Below are positions 9,752-20,057 of a stretch of 60,303 nucleotides of DNA, in pieces (positions within the stretch are counted from its first letter, which is position 1; every line of letters begins with the position of its first letter). Under the pieces are notes generated by a model. The model searched no databases and was not told the origin of the DNA. It saw only the letters and a program-made list of their open reading frames with translations. The DNA comes from Candidatus Giovannonibacteria bacterium RIFCSPLOWO2_01_FULL_46_13 (lineage in GTDB: Bacteria > Patescibacteriota > Minisyncoccia > JACPKW01 > UBA11713). The position numbers and the translations under genes were made by a program. Where the stretch lies: positions 1,072 to 61,374 of the forward strand of contig MFIE01000019.1 in NCBI GenBank assembly GCA_001778785.1, read 5' to 3'.

Positions 9752-10480
9752 TTATTCTGAAACTAAGCCATCCCTTCGACAACAGAATTGCCCGCCGCCA
9801 CATTTTAGCCCAGCGCTCAGGCAGTTTGCTGATGAATCAGGAGTTCCTCTGGCTTCTTCTGTGCAATTAGAATAGTCTGTTCTAAAAAGGCCACGAGCTT
9901 CTGCGCAAAAATAAGTTGATTTGACCCCGCTCCCATCTGCCGGCGTGACCCCACCAGTACAAGTATATGTTTTGAACTTCTCGTCGAGTTGGCATCTCTC
10001 GTTTGTGCGGCAAAAATTAACTTTTTGGTCAGGCGGACAGGCTTGGCCTTTATTTTCTGAATTACTGCCTATGGGTGTCCTATTCGCGGGAGCCGAATCG
10101 CTCCCTTGTTCTACATTAACCCGCAACCCCGCCGTATCGATCCGCAGATTTAAAAGCGCGGGGTTTATTGTATTTAAGATTAGATATATCCCAAGCGCGA
10201 CCGCAAGGCCGAAAAGAGCGTTCTGGATTTTTTCTTTTGCGTCCGAGCGCATCCCTTCCGAAGCCGTCATCATCTCTAGCCCCGCGATTATGAGCATAAT
10301 TACCGAAAGCACTGCCGCCGTGGACAACGCAAATGGGAAAATAAATTTTGCGTAGCTTAACCAGTCGTTCGGCGGACCGCTTCTTGCGCCGACCGTTTCC
10401 TCTGAAGCCGCGCTTGCGACCGCGAAAACTGCCAAGAAAACGGCGAACCAGATAATAATTTTTTTATTCAACCTCAACAT
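9752..10480 (-). CDS. VirB2/TrbC-like pilin with Cys-rich C-terminal extension
   Basis: Signal peptide, then two TM helices with the MLIIAGLEMMTA..AKEKIQNALFGL..YLILNTINP pattern, then a Cys-rich tail. Confidence 0.7.
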   Translation of the reverse strand: MLRLNKKIIIWFAVFLAVFAVASAASEETVGARSGPPNDWLSYAKFIFPFALSTAAVLSVIMLIIAGLEMMTASEGMRSDAKEKIQNALFGLAVALGIYLILNTINPALLNLRIDTAGLRVNVEQGSDSAPANRTPIGSNSENKGQACPPDQKVNFCRTNERCQLDEKFKTYTCTGGVTPADGSGVKSTYFCAEARGLFRTDYSNCTEEARGTPDSSANCLSAGLKCGGGQFCCRRDGLVSE

Positions 10481-11450
10481 CGAAGAAATTTACAATTTTA
10501 TTATAAAGATTGTTTATATTGGTTATGCTAACTCCTACGCGCGCTCCCTCGCCTTCCGACCCGGCTATAGTATTTACGGCAAAAGCTCTCGGATCGTCGA
10601 CGTCTTTTTCTACTGAATTCCCGTTAAACGTCCAGACGAAATCAAGGTCGGCGAGCGATAAATAGTTCATGAAAAACGGAACGGCTTCAACTTCGAACCT
10701 TTCCCCGGCCGCAACTATTTTTTTTCGTAAGGCTGCCGAAGTGACTAGCCCCTCGAGAGGCTTTCTTTCATAAAATAATATTTCCGGAGAAAATGCTCGA
10801 ACCGAGGTAGAAACTTCTTTTGCGAGAGTCCCGTCCAGCGAACTTATTTTTACCGATACTTCTTTTGGCGCTTGCCCAACTCCCGGAGCGGCGGTGGTTA
10901 AGCTCTGTTTCCCGCGACCGGAAAAATCAGACATTACCTTGCCATCCACGCGCCAGTTATAAACCAATGAGGAAGCGGCTATTTTTGTTTTTCCTGAAAA
11001 AAAATTGGGGACGGCGATTATAGCCACCCGGTTTTGGGGGCCTGGCAGGGCTGCCCCTTCGTACCAGTGAGGAACTTTATTTTGGGCTTCTATTATAAGG
11101 TCTATGCTTTGGGGCTGGATCGCCGCGACAACCTCGAATCTTTCTAATTCAGGGGTCTCTACTACGGCTTTAAGGGCATTCCCGGAGCCAAGCGCGGCGG
11201 CCGTAAAAGAAACTTCTTTTAGCCCCGCGCCTCTCGCCAAAACTTTTCCGTCGAGCGTCCAGGTTACGGTCGCGCGGTTCAGATCGGTCGAATATGAAAC
11301 CAAAGTCGCTACGACAGGCAAGCCTGGTTCAGGAAATTCTGGAGTCAATTTTATGAAAAGCGAAGTCGCGGGCGAGCCAAACTGGGCATAAGCGCCGGTT
11401 GAGGCCAGGGCTAGAGCTATAAAAAATATTTTTAAAATTGTGGATTTCAT
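10464..11450 (-). CDS. Secreted protein with Ig-like beta-sandwich repeats
   Basis: Signal peptide and three repeats of the (Y/F)xWxxDG type. Confidence 0.55.
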   Translation of the reverse strand: MKSTILKIFFIALALASTGAYAQFGSPATSLFIKLTPEFPEPGLPVVATLVSYSTDLNRATVTWTLDGKVLARGAGLKEVSFTAAALGSGNALKAVVETPELERFEVVAAIQPQSIDLIIEAQNKVPHWYEGAALPGPQNRVAIIAVPNFFSGKTKIAASSLVYNWRVDGKVMSDFSGRGKQSLTTAAPGVGQAPKEVSVKISSLDGTLAKEVSTSVRAFSPEILFYERKPLEGLVTSAALRKKIVAAGERFEVEAVPFFMNYLSLADLDFVWTFNGNSVEKDVDDPRAFAVNTIAGSEGEGARVGVSITNINNLYNKIVNFFDVEVE

Positions 11451-11863
11451 TTTGGGAAAAATTTCTGGAGAGTCTTTTGAAATAAAGCTGTATTTGCGAC
11501 GATAACAAATAAAATGGTTATGGTATGAGCTGGGACGATTGGTATGAAGCCTATCCCCGTCCCGATTAATGGCGCTAATTTCAGGAACCAGGGGCGGTTT
11601 TTATCTAATCCTCTCCTGTTTTGCCAAAGCCAGATAACGCCACCTCCGAATGCGTCAACCGGCCAGCCGATGACTGGTATAAAAGATGATATGTCTATTA
11701 TAACACCGAAGAAGATCATGAATACCGCTTCGACGGAGCCAACTTTCGATACGGTCTCCTTGGATTTTATTTTAGAAATAGGCGTGCGATTTTCTTTGCG
11801 CGCCGCGTTTAAACGCATCCCGTATTCTTCTTGTATGCCGTTGTCGAGCGTTGCCTCTTCCAT
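11447..11863 (-). CDS. Hypothetical membrane protein
   Basis: Hydrophobic hairpins with FIPVIG/FIPIVP; co-oriented in the operon. Confidence 0.6.
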   Translation of the reverse strand: MEEATLDNGIQEEYGMRLNAARKENRTPISKIKSKETVSKVGSVEAVFMIFFGVIIDISSFIPVIGWPVDAFGGGVIWLWQNRRGLDKNRPWFLKLAPLIGTGIGFIPIVPAHTITILFVIVANTALFQKTLQKFFPK

Positions 11864-11865
11864 AT

Positions 11866-13668
11866 CTAAAGATTAGAACTCTTATAATCCTCTTTGGCCT
11901 TTTTAATCGCGAGCAGTTGGGATGGGTCGGAGGTAATTATCTGGTCCTCTGTGTATGAAGCCAAAATTTTAATCGCGACGTGCTTTAACCCCGCAAAGAA
12001 AATTCCTTCCCCGACATCCGATTCAAGCAGCAGGAATTTTTCCTCTTCTGTAAGGTTGAATGTTTCTTTAAGAAGGTCGATTGTCGCGGGAGCCTGTTTT
12101 AATAGAAGCTGGGTAGAGGAGTTTGTGATGATGGCTTTACCGTATTCGGAACTTAAGAAGTCCCCGACATCCTGCGTAACCGTTGCGATCCCTAAATAAT
12201 ATTTTCGTGCCCGCTTGGCGATGCCGAAGAGGAACGAAGCCCCGTCGTCGGATTTCATCAGCCACCAAGCCTCATCTACTACTAATAAGCGTTTCTTTAT
12301 GGAAGTCCGCACCGTGTTCCAGACGTGGTGAATAATAAGGTAGATGGCGATCGGGCGGAGCTCGTCTTCCATATCCCGGACTGAAAACACGACGAGCTTC
12401 TTATTTATATCCACGTTCGTCGGCTGGTTTATAAATCCTGCCCACGTTCCCTGGGTATATTTCTGAAGCCTTTGGGCAAGCGACTCGCCCCCCTCCATAT
12501 TCGCGAGCACTAATTCCAAGTCCGAGAGTATTGGCGGAGTTATTTTGGAAAAATCCGAATCGGGCGTGATGTCGCGCGAGGCGTAAGTTTCGGTTATCGC
12601 GCGATCCAAGATGGAATCTTCTTCCGGGGTGAGCCCGCCGAACATAATCCTCAAAAGGCCGATTAAGTTAATGATGTTAGAGCGAAGTACGTCCGCGGGC
12701 GCTTCGTCTTCCCTAGCCGGAGGCAGGTCGAAGGGATTTATATGGTGGTGTGAGGATAAAGATATATTGAAGTACCGCCCGTCCACCGTTTCGGCGAGAT
12801 ATTCGTATTCCCTTTCCGGGTCGATCACGATTACGTCCGTATCGAACATAAGCGAGCGCAATATTTCCAATTTCATGGCGTATGATTTTCCTGAACCGGA
12901 TTTCGCAAAGATGACCGAGTTGTAATTTTCGAGGCTAAAGCGGTCAAAAAGGACGAGCGAAGAGTTGTGCCGGTTGATCCCGTAAAGAATCCCTTTATTG
13001 GAAGTAAGGTCGAACGAAACAAACGGGAATAGTGAGGAAACCGGAGAAGAATTTAATTTTGTGTTTACTTCAAGCTTGTCCGTGCCCAAGGGAAATACGG
13101 TTTCGAGCCCTTGGCCTTGCTGGAAGAGCGCGGGCTTGGCGTAGACTAATTTTGATTCGAGTATTGAGCGGATCTCCGTCTCGGCCTTGTTGAGCGCGGC
13201 TGGGTCATCGGCGTATATAGTAATGTAGAGGCCGAAAGAGAAAAGGCGTTCCTGGGCCTGCTGGAGATTGTCTCGAAGTTCTTCCAAATCTTGGTGGGCG
13301 GTCTCCAACATTGGGTCGCGCACCATCCCCTTTTTCTCGCGGTCGTGTATTTGGGATTGCACCTCTGCAACTTTTTTCTCGAGCTTCCGCAAAATCGTAG
13401 AAGTTTCTAAGGGATGTATAAAAATTGAAATATCGAAAACTTTATCCAAATTTATTATCGGAGAAAACCAATTCACCGCGAGATAGCGCGGGTATGTGAA
13501 AATGAAAAGGGTGCGCGCAACTTTTTCCCCGAGTTTTACGAAGTTCGAATCTATTTCGAGCGCGGCCGGAGCAACGACGTCTTCAAGCGCCAAGCCCGCG
13601 GACACGGACATGTCCGGTATCGCGGTCATGCTTTCTTCTTCTGGGATTGTTTTTTTGAATAGCGACAT
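11866..13668 (-). CDS. VirB4-like ATPase
   Basis: Walker A AKSGSGKS, VIDPEREY, Walker B LVVDEAW, RARKY and TQD motifs. Confidence 0.9.
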   Translation of the reverse strand: MSLFKKTIPEEESMTAIPDMSVSAGLALEDVVAPAALEIDSNFVKLGEKVARTLFIFTYPRYLAVNWFSPIINLDKVFDISIFIHPLETSTILRKLEKKVAEVQSQIHDREKKGMVRDPMLETAHQDLEELRDNLQQAQERLFSFGLYITIYADDPAALNKAETEIRSILESKLVYAKPALFQQGQGLETVFPLGTDKLEVNTKLNSSPVSSLFPFVSFDLTSNKGILYGINRHNSSLVLFDRFSLENYNSVIFAKSGSGKSYAMKLEILRSLMFDTDVIVIDPEREYEYLAETVDGRYFNISLSSHHHINPFDLPPAREDEAPADVLRSNIINLIGLLRIMFGGLTPEEDSILDRAITETYASRDITPDSDFSKITPPILSDLELVLANMEGGESLAQRLQKYTQGTWAGFINQPTNVDINKKLVVFSVRDMEDELRPIAIYLIIHHVWNTVRTSIKKRLLVVDEAWWLMKSDDGASFLFGIAKRARKYYLGIATVTQDVGDFLSSEYGKAIITNSSTQLLLKQAPATIDLLKETFNLTEEEKFLLLESDVGEGIFFAGLKHVAIKILASYTEDQIITSDPSQLLAIKKAKEDYKSSNL

Positions 13669-13669
13669 A

Positions 13670-14329
13670 TTATTGTATTTCGGGAGCCCTACCTTTTTCT
13701 ATTTCGCCGGGGTTAAAAAGGCTGTAGTAAAGTTCGACCAATTCATCGGTGTTCAAGGGAGCGACGCGGACGCCGGCCGAAGTTAATCCTTGGGCGACGG
13801 TATCGACCCGCTGGAAAATCTGCGTTTTGTATTCTTCGAATTTTTCGTCCGGAATTTTTTTCACTTCGTTTTTCTTTCCGGAAAAAATTCCCAGGAGCGA
13901 ATCGAGCGCGCCCTTGGGCGTTTCAAAAGCCGGCGGGTCGTAAGGGACGACGGCGTAAAAAGATTTCGTCACCGTATTGGAAGTCTCCACGAAATTTTTT
14001 ATGAATTCGATATATTCGCGCGTCTGGATTTTAAGTAGTTCGTTAAGCTGGTTTTTCTCCGCTTCTTTCAGCGTCTCGAGATACGGCGTTATATTTAATT
14101 TCCTCGACTGTATGAAAAACTGCACGGTGAAATCGAGCGAGTTCAGAAAATTTTGGTACTGATAGATAGTAGCTTCCTGTTCCTCCGCGGACTTTAAGGA
14201 AAAATTTAAAGAAGAAGCCATGAGGATCATGCGCAACCCCCCGTTTTTTAACACGACAATCCCGTCCCGGATTTCCCGTATCGGTACGAATTCCTGCGAA
14301 CTTCTTGCGTTTAATTTAGCTTGGGCCAT
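13670..14329 (-). CDS. TraC/VirB4 N-terminal-like accessory protein
   Basis: IREIRDGIVVLKNG..SSLNFSLKS.EEQ..FLNSLDF; sits between the PrgI and VirB4-like genes. Confidence 0.7.
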   Translation of the reverse strand: MAQAKLNARSSQEFVPIREIRDGIVVLKNGGLRMILMASSLNFSLKSAEEQEATIYQYQNFLNSLDFTVQFFIQSRKLNITPYLETLKEAEKNQLNELLKIQTREYIEFIKNFVETSNTVTKSFYAVVPYDPPAFETPKGALDSLLGIFSGKKNEVKKIPDEKFEEYKTQIFQRVDTVAQGLTSAGVRVAPLNTDELVELYYSLFNPGEIEKGRAPEIQ

Positions 14330-14330
14330 G

Positions 14331-14633
14331 TTATTTTTGCTCCCTCTTTTTCCAGATGAATAATCGCGTGGTCGTGTAATGGGTAAGCATGCTTTCCAGG
14401 ATTTTTATGAAGGGCTGTCCGTTAACTTTGTAAAATGCCAAGGCTCCAAAAAATGCTCCGACGGGCGCTATCAACATGAATATTATGAAAAACGGCAGGA
14501 TAGATCTTAAGAGGACGTACATGATGAAAATAATTCCCGTACCCCCGATGACGTACAAAAATTGCTTGAGCGTCAACGGCCCAAATATTTTATCTTCAAC
14601 TTCTATAAATTGTGGTACGTGAAATTGTCTCAT
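14331..14633 (-). CDS. PrgI-family (VirB3-like) protein
   Basis: VPQFIEVEDKIFGPLTLKQF followed by two TM helices. Confidence 0.85.
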   Translation of the reverse strand: MRQFHVPQFIEVEDKIFGPLTLKQFLYVIGGTGIIFIMYVLLRSILPFFIIFMLIAPVGAFFGALAFYKVNGQPFIKILESMLTHYTTTRLFIWKKREQK

Positions 14634-15586
14634 ATCTGTTCTCTATAAGGATCAAGTTTTTTCTCTTCTTTTTTGTCGAGAATGGGAAGTTCTGGCGGAG
14701 GCGTCGGCGGTTTTGGGTATGGTTTATCTGTCTGAATGGTTTTAAAATTTTCTGCGGGTGCGGGCTTCTTAATTTCCTCAGGCGAGCCCGGCATCACGCG
14801 TAATCCCCGGTCGCGCTTTATCGAGGAAGAAACATTTTCCGGAGCTTGGACGGGAATTTCTTTTTTAATTTCTTCCTGCGGCGGAATGGTTGCCGTTGGT
14901 TCCATGACTTCAGTAACTTCTTTTTTTATCTCTTGTTTTGTTTCTGGTACAACAGGCGAAGTTTTCGGAGGTTGGGGTGTTCCTGCCTGTATTTTTATCG
15001 GCTTAATCTCGAGCGGCCGCGGTTCCTGCTTGGGAGTTTCCCGCGGAGGAAGGACCCGGAGAACCGGAGGCGGCGCCTTTGATGGCGTTGGCGGAGTTGA
15101 GGGGAGGGGTTTCATCGGGGATTTAAAAATCGGCGTCGGCAACGGTTTCATTTTTTCTTCGCGCTCGGTTTCAACCGCGCGTTCTGCGGCGTCCATTTCT
15201 TCTTTGGAAACTTTCGCTGTGCCCTCCGTAGCCTTTGGCGAAGGAGGGGCTTCCGTGTCCGTGATGTTATGAATTTTCCTCAAACTCACCCGCACTTTCT
15301 GAAAAATTTGTTGGTTTACATCGCTTGCGATCTGTTTTGCCGTTTCCCGGTCGATCTCTAATTTTTCCGAAAGACTCGTAATAAAATCTTTGGGGTGCAA
15401 AACGCCAAGCAAAACAAGGCCAATTTCGTCTGCTAAAATACCCATTTTTTTTATCTCCAACTTGTAATTAGTGGATATGCTCCTTATCGAGTCAGAAGTT
15501 TTTTCACTAAAAATGGAGTCTTGTAAATCTTGAGGAAGCTCTTTGTACTTCTGAATCAGTACTTCTGTTGTGTTTTGTGTAGACAT
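14630..15586 (-). CDS. Hypothetical protein with helical N-domain, Pro-rich linker and C-terminal DPYRE
   Basis: Long ORF in the operon with a low-complexity P/K/E/T region. Confidence 0.7.
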   Translation of the reverse strand: MSTQNTTEVLIQKYKELPQDLQDSIFSEKTSDSIRSISTNYKLEIKKMGILADEIGLVLLGVLHPKDFITSLSEKLEIDRETAKQIASDVNQQIFQKVRVSLRKIHNITDTEAPPSPKATEGTAKVSKEEMDAAERAVETEREEKMKPLPTPIFKSPMKPLPSTPPTPSKAPPPVLRVLPPRETPKQEPRPLEIKPIKIQAGTPQPPKTSPVVPETKQEIKKEVTEVMEPTATIPPQEEIKKEIPVQAPENVSSSIKRDRGLRVMPGSPEEIKKPAPAENFKTIQTDKPYPKPPTPPPELPILDKKEEKKLDPYREQI

Positions 15587-15589
15587 GGT

Positions 15590-17749
15590 TTACTTGAGCT
15601 TTAATAGTCGCCTCGCTGGCGCAGTCTCGAGCCAATTGGCTGTTCCGGCATTTCCTAATCGACGAAGTTCTGTTGCTATATATTCTGCATCTTCCATCCC
15701 GCTGGCATCATATTTCATAAGCTCTTCGCGATATTTGGCCGAAACATCATCCCCTCTGTTAACAATTTTTTGAATTTGAGATGGCTTGGCACCTTTAACG
15801 ACTCCTGACATTAATATGGAATTAGCCGGATCAAGTAAGTGCTTTGCATCGACTTTCTCGAAGTCAATTTCTTTAACAGCATCTTCTATCGACTTCCCTA
15901 TCGTGGCCCCGACCCTAGTTACTACTCCAGGTATTACGCTTAAGACGTCATTTATCCTGTCTTTTCTTAGGGTGCTAACATCTAAGGCAAAGTCATCCGC
16001 TTTGCCTATCTTATCGAATTCCTTGGCGATCTTTTGTATTTGTTCTTTATTGGCATTTTCTACAACAGAGCGTCGAATATTCGGGTTCTTAATATTACTC
16101 CATTTAGCTGCTAACTCATTAAGTGGCTGTTTTAATTCGTTTTTAGCTCGCTCATCATAATACTTTTCTTTCTTTTCGGTCGACATTCTTTCTATGGCGT
16201 TGTCTATGCTTGCAGCAGCTTTTGGATAGCTTTTTTCTGAAGCGTTGTGCATTTCGGCAAGTTCGCGGGGAGACATATTTTCCGTTATCATATCTTGAAT
16301 CTGGGGGGAGTATCTTTGGAATCGGCGAGCCCTGGCCTCTGGGCTTAAGCTTTTAAGAAAACCTAAATGCGTTTTTGCTACGTCTTCCATTCCGCCTACT
16401 TTGGAGGCACCCTGAAGCCCACGCGAGGCCAATTCTCCAAGCCCGCCTACAACTGGAATAGCTGAGAATTTTTTAAGTCCTCTTCCTATTACGCCAGCAT
16501 ATTTCCCGTCCTGTAAGCGAGAGGCCGGCCTCGCAATAAAGGTTCTAGCAGCTCCTCGTCCTACATACCCCTTGAATGCATTCCCGGCGCTGGTGGCCAT
16601 CTTCATCGCGCCGTCAGCTCCGTAGATGCCAAGAGTTTTTGCGACGATCAGCCCGCCTCCGAGCATTAAGAAGATCATGAGGTTCTGCATTATTAAAAGA
16701 AATAGGAGTTCCGTGGTAGACGTTGTATTCTTAAGTGTTTCTCCAATCTTTAGAAAGTCAGACTGACTTATACGGATTGTTATTAAAATAAAAAACATAA
16801 ATGCTGGAGCGAAGATGGCTTGAGACTGAAGTGCCGACCACCATTTTTGCGCGTATCCTTTTGTCGCGGGCAAAATCAGGAAGACAAATCCGAACGGAGC
16901 CAAAATCATCAAGATCCACAGAAACGCCATGCGCGCGGCAAAGAAGAAAGCGGCCGCAAGAAATATAAATCCTGCGAAGAGCATTATAAAAATTCCTGCT
17001 ACGAGGGTTACTATCACGGCAATACCCGTGCCTATCGCGTCTTGTGGTTGAGATCCTGCTGTGGGGCCAACGTCAAGTGACGCCGGGCTTCGACCAAGAA
17101 TTTTTTGCTGACCCAGCCCCTGCATTAATGCGCCTGTTATATCCTTATCAAATCCTTTTTGCGAAGAGTTTAGTAAATAAGATTTGCTTCCAGTAACTGT
17201 AACCGCGCTGTAAAGCTCGTATGCGAGAGCATTGGTTACAAAAATTATTGCCTGCGTCGCGAGCAAACTGAAATTTACTAACAGCGCGATAATTATCAAG
17301 GTTGATAAAAGTTTTTTAGCTCCGTATGATTCGATCCCAAGTATTGTCGCGATCGCGATAAAGAGTAGCGCGAATATGAAGAATATATTCACAATGTCTC
17401 GAGTGAACGTCCACCCGGCCGTTACTGCTGTAATAGAATCGCCGGTATAAAAGGCATTATTTATAGTCATGCCCAATGCGAAATTCAAAACGTTTCCGGC
17501 AATTCCAACGAACCAGCCAACTATTACAAAAACGTAGTAGGCAACATATGAAAGAAGCTTAAGGGCGCAACCAATTGAAAGCCAACTAAGCCATCCGCAA
17601 CCGCCAATGGTTTCTACAATAGATCTGCCTGGTGCTGGTTTTTCTGTGGCCGCAAAACCTTGCTGGGGCATCAATGCAATAACTAGAATACCCAAAACCA
17701 AAACTCCTATCAAAAATTTTCTGCCGTTTTGTTTTGAGAGAAGATTCAT
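15590..17749 (-). CDS. VirB6/TrbL-like polytopic membrane protein
   Basis: GWTFTRDIVN and RMAFLWILMILAPFGF..LPATKGYAQKWW; multiple TM helices and a large soluble C-terminal tail. Confidence 0.75.
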   Translation of the reverse strand: MNLLSKQNGRKFLIGVLVLGILVIALMPQQGFAATEKPAPGRSIVETIGGCGWLSWLSIGCALKLLSYVAYYVFVIVGWFVGIAGNVLNFALGMTINNAFYTGDSITAVTAGWTFTRDIVNIFFIFALLFIAIATILGIESYGAKKLLSTLIIIALLVNFSLLATQAIIFVTNALAYELYSAVTVTGSKSYLLNSSQKGFDKDITGALMQGLGQQKILGRSPASLDVGPTAGSQPQDAIGTGIAVIVTLVAGIFIMLFAGFIFLAAAFFFAARMAFLWILMILAPFGFVFLILPATKGYAQKWWSALQSQAIFAPAFMFFILITIRISQSDFLKIGETLKNTTSTTELLFLLIMQNLMIFLMLGGGLIVAKTLGIYGADGAMKMATSAGNAFKGYVGRGAARTFIARPASRLQDGKYAGVIGRGLKKFSAIPVVGGLGELASRGLQGASKVGGMEDVAKTHLGFLKSLSPEARARRFQRYSPQIQDMITENMSPRELAEMHNASEKSYPKAAASIDNAIERMSTEKKEKYYDERAKNELKQPLNELAAKWSNIKNPNIRRSVVENANKEQIQKIAKEFDKIGKADDFALDVSTLRKDRINDVLSVIPGVVTRVGATIGKSIEDAVKEIDFEKVDAKHLLDPANSILMSGVVKGAKPSQIQKIVNRGDDVSAKYREELMKYDASGMEDAEYIATELRRLGNAGTANWLETAPARRLLKLK

Positions 17750-17750
17750 T

Positions 17751-19043
17751 TTACTGGAGGGTTATGCTTATCGTGGTTGAGCCGATGTTCCCTGCCGCGT
17801 CTCGCGCCCGCGCCGATATTGAATAAATTCCCGGAGATGCCGCCGCCGGATTCCAGCTTACCGTGAATGGGTATGTTGTATCTTCTGCGCCGACCGAGAC
17901 TCCGTTAACGAATGCGCTCACCCCGGTAACCCCGGTGTTATCGATCGCCGAAATAGAGATGTCCATCTGTGTCGTGGTGGAGCGCGTTGTCCCGTTGACC
18001 GGAGAAATAATAATTACGGACGGCGGAGTTCGGTCCGGCTCGCTCGTCGCGCGGTTTATCGCGTTTTCATCTCTGCCGGCAAATCCTCCGGAAGGAGATA
18101 ATAGTTTTCCAACCATTTCTTGGAAAAAGACATTTATTATTTCGTTTATCTCATCCGCGACTTCGAGCTGCCGTATCCATGTTGTCTCAGATTTCTTTAA
18201 TTGATCCTCAACCAACCCTCCGGGAGTTTGTATTTTGCAATGTTTGGTATCTGTATATGTATCTCCCGTGTATTCTCCGGTTTCCGGGTCCACCACTTTT
18301 TCTTTTGGACAATCTTGCCATGAAAGAAATCCTCCGCCGGTTGTCTGCACCTCGGTTTGGCTTCCGTAAAGGGCGGCTGTTTTTGTTTCATCCATCTTGC
18401 TTACCCCCATCAGATATTGGCCCAAAATATTTCCGCTTGGATCGAGCGTTGCAAACCAGGCGTCCCAACCTCCGTGTGAAAAATCGTCAAAATAAATTTG
18501 AACTTGGAAATTCTCGACGTTGCGGACGATGTCCGAAAGTTTGCACCGCGCCTGTTCCGTATAGCTCGGCCGCCTGTGCACGTTCAAAAGAGGGGGGAGA
18601 CTCAACCTGAAGGGTTCGCAGACTAATTTTAAAAGTTCGGAATTTTTCCCAAAATACCTTTCTAGGAAAAGACCCACTGCGTTATCCATTTCACGAGAAA
18701 AATGTTCGAGGAAATTGTCCACGAACAAAGGCCCTCTGGCGTCCCCTGTTTTAATCCAGTTTTGTATTGATGTCGAAATTGTTTTTATTAACGATTTCGC
18801 TGCAAGGCCCGCGATTGTATCGAATATATATTCTTTTTGAACCAGCGCGTCTGTTGCTTGGGATATTAATTTATTTATCCCAGCGGTTAGTGTTGTCTGG
18901 ACTAAATTTTCAGGGTCAAGGACTATGTCCAAGGCGTGCGCAGTTTTAGGAGGGGGCAATGTCAAAGATCCCAAAAATAAACTTATTATAAAAAACCCTG
19001 CGAATATTTTTTGGGTTGTTTTGGAAAATCTAGGCATAATCAA
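17751..19043 (-). CDS. Secreted protein with VirB5/TrbJ-like N-terminus and C-terminal bacterial Ig-like domain
   Basis: Signal peptide, VLDPENLVQT, and DRTPPSVIIISP...ARARDAAGN (Big domain). Confidence 0.55.
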   Translation of the reverse strand: MIMPRFSKTTQKIFAGFFIISLFLGSLTLPPPKTAHALDIVLDPENLVQTTLTAGINKLISQATDALVQKEYIFDTIAGLAAKSLIKTISTSIQNWIKTGDARGPLFVDNFLEHFSREMDNAVGLFLERYFGKNSELLKLVCEPFRLSLPPLLNVHRRPSYTEQARCKLSDIVRNVENFQVQIYFDDFSHGGWDAWFATLDPSGNILGQYLMGVSKMDETKTAALYGSQTEVQTTGGGFLSWQDCPKEKVVDPETGEYTGDTYTDTKHCKIQTPGGLVEDQLKKSETTWIRQLEVADEINEIINVFFQEMVGKLLSPSGGFAGRDENAINRATSEPDRTPPSVIIISPVNGTTRSTTTQMDISISAIDNTGVTGVSAFVNGVSVGAEDTTYPFTVSWNPAAASPGIYSISARARDAAGNIGSTTISITLQ

Positions 19044-19966
19044 TCAAAAAATTTATAGCCCTTGTCCGTTGGGCTGAAAATAATTCCTTTTTCCGAAAGA
19101 GTTTTCTTAAACTCCTGGTGGAACGCATTTAACTCTTCCTCCATTGCGAATCGGGCTTTGATTACGGCTACTGCCGCGAGCAGATCTTTGTCGGCGTTTC
19201 TTATGATTTCATCCGCGCGTTTCATCCTTGAGAGAATATTTGCTTCCGTCAAAGCAAAATTTTCATATCCCTTTGGTGTGGGAAGGTTCTTGATCGCGTC
19301 GATGCTTTTCCCGAATGCGTTAATTACCGGATCAATTTTTTCCAATTCTCCAGAATTTTCGGTTTCGAGGAATTTTATGAAAGAAGTTATGTCTCCTTCG
19401 GTAATGCCGGCAAAAGCGGACTCGTAGGCGAGGTGATGCAACTCATTAAAATATTTTTTTACCGATGAGGCGTCGTTTTTGTCCGAGATTTTAAGGTCGG
19501 ATGCGCTTATTCGCGCGGTCTCGCCTAATATCGCTTCCGGATTCGGGATAAAGCCCGCGATCCCCTCAAGGTCGGATTTGGAAATATCGGCTAGGCCGTT
19601 TTCCTCAAGAATTCTCGGACCTATGGCGTTCGCGAAGGCCTGCGAAAAAGCCTCGGTGAAGTTTGGAGTCTCGGCATTCTCGGGAGAACCTGTGTTGTTG
19701 TGGCTTGCTTCCTGGCCGTCGGGAATCCCGTCGCCGTCAGTATCCGCGTTCATTGGGTCGGTCTCCCACAGCACTTCTTCCCAGTCTTTCAGCCCATCTT
19801 TGTCCGAATCGAGAAGGGCGGCTTTGTTGGACTGGGCTAATTCCTCGTTTAAATAAACCTCCTCCCCGTTAAAAGCTGAAGAAAAATAGTAAAACCAAGA
19901 AAACATCCCTATGCCTAGGATTATAAAAAAGCTAAATATAAGTCTTGGGCTCAATAATTTCGTCAC
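19040..19966 (-). CDS. Membrane-anchored protein with thrombospondin type-3-like Ca-binding repeats
   Basis: DSDKDGLKDWEE..TDP.NADTDGDGIPDGQE. Confidence 0.7.
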   Translation of the reverse strand: MTKLLSPRLIFSFFIILGIGMFSWFYYFSSAFNGEEVYLNEELAQSNKAALLDSDKDGLKDWEEVLWETDPMNADTDGDGIPDGQEASHNNTGSPENAETPNFTEAFSQAFANAIGPRILEENGLADISKSDLEGIAGFIPNPEAILGETARISASDLKISDKNDASSVKKYFNELHHLAYESAFAGITEGDITSFIKFLETENSGELEKIDPVINAFGKSIDAIKNLPTPKGYENFALTEANILSRMKRADEIIRNADKDLLAAVAVIKARFAMEEELNAFHQEFKKTLSEKGIIFSPTDKGYKFFD

Positions 19967-20057
19967 CCTACTTTATTATAGGGGGTTTCCTGTTATAAAT
20001 TTGTGCATAAACCCGCCAATAAATGTTATTGGATGCTGGATAAATGGTGGAAAACTT

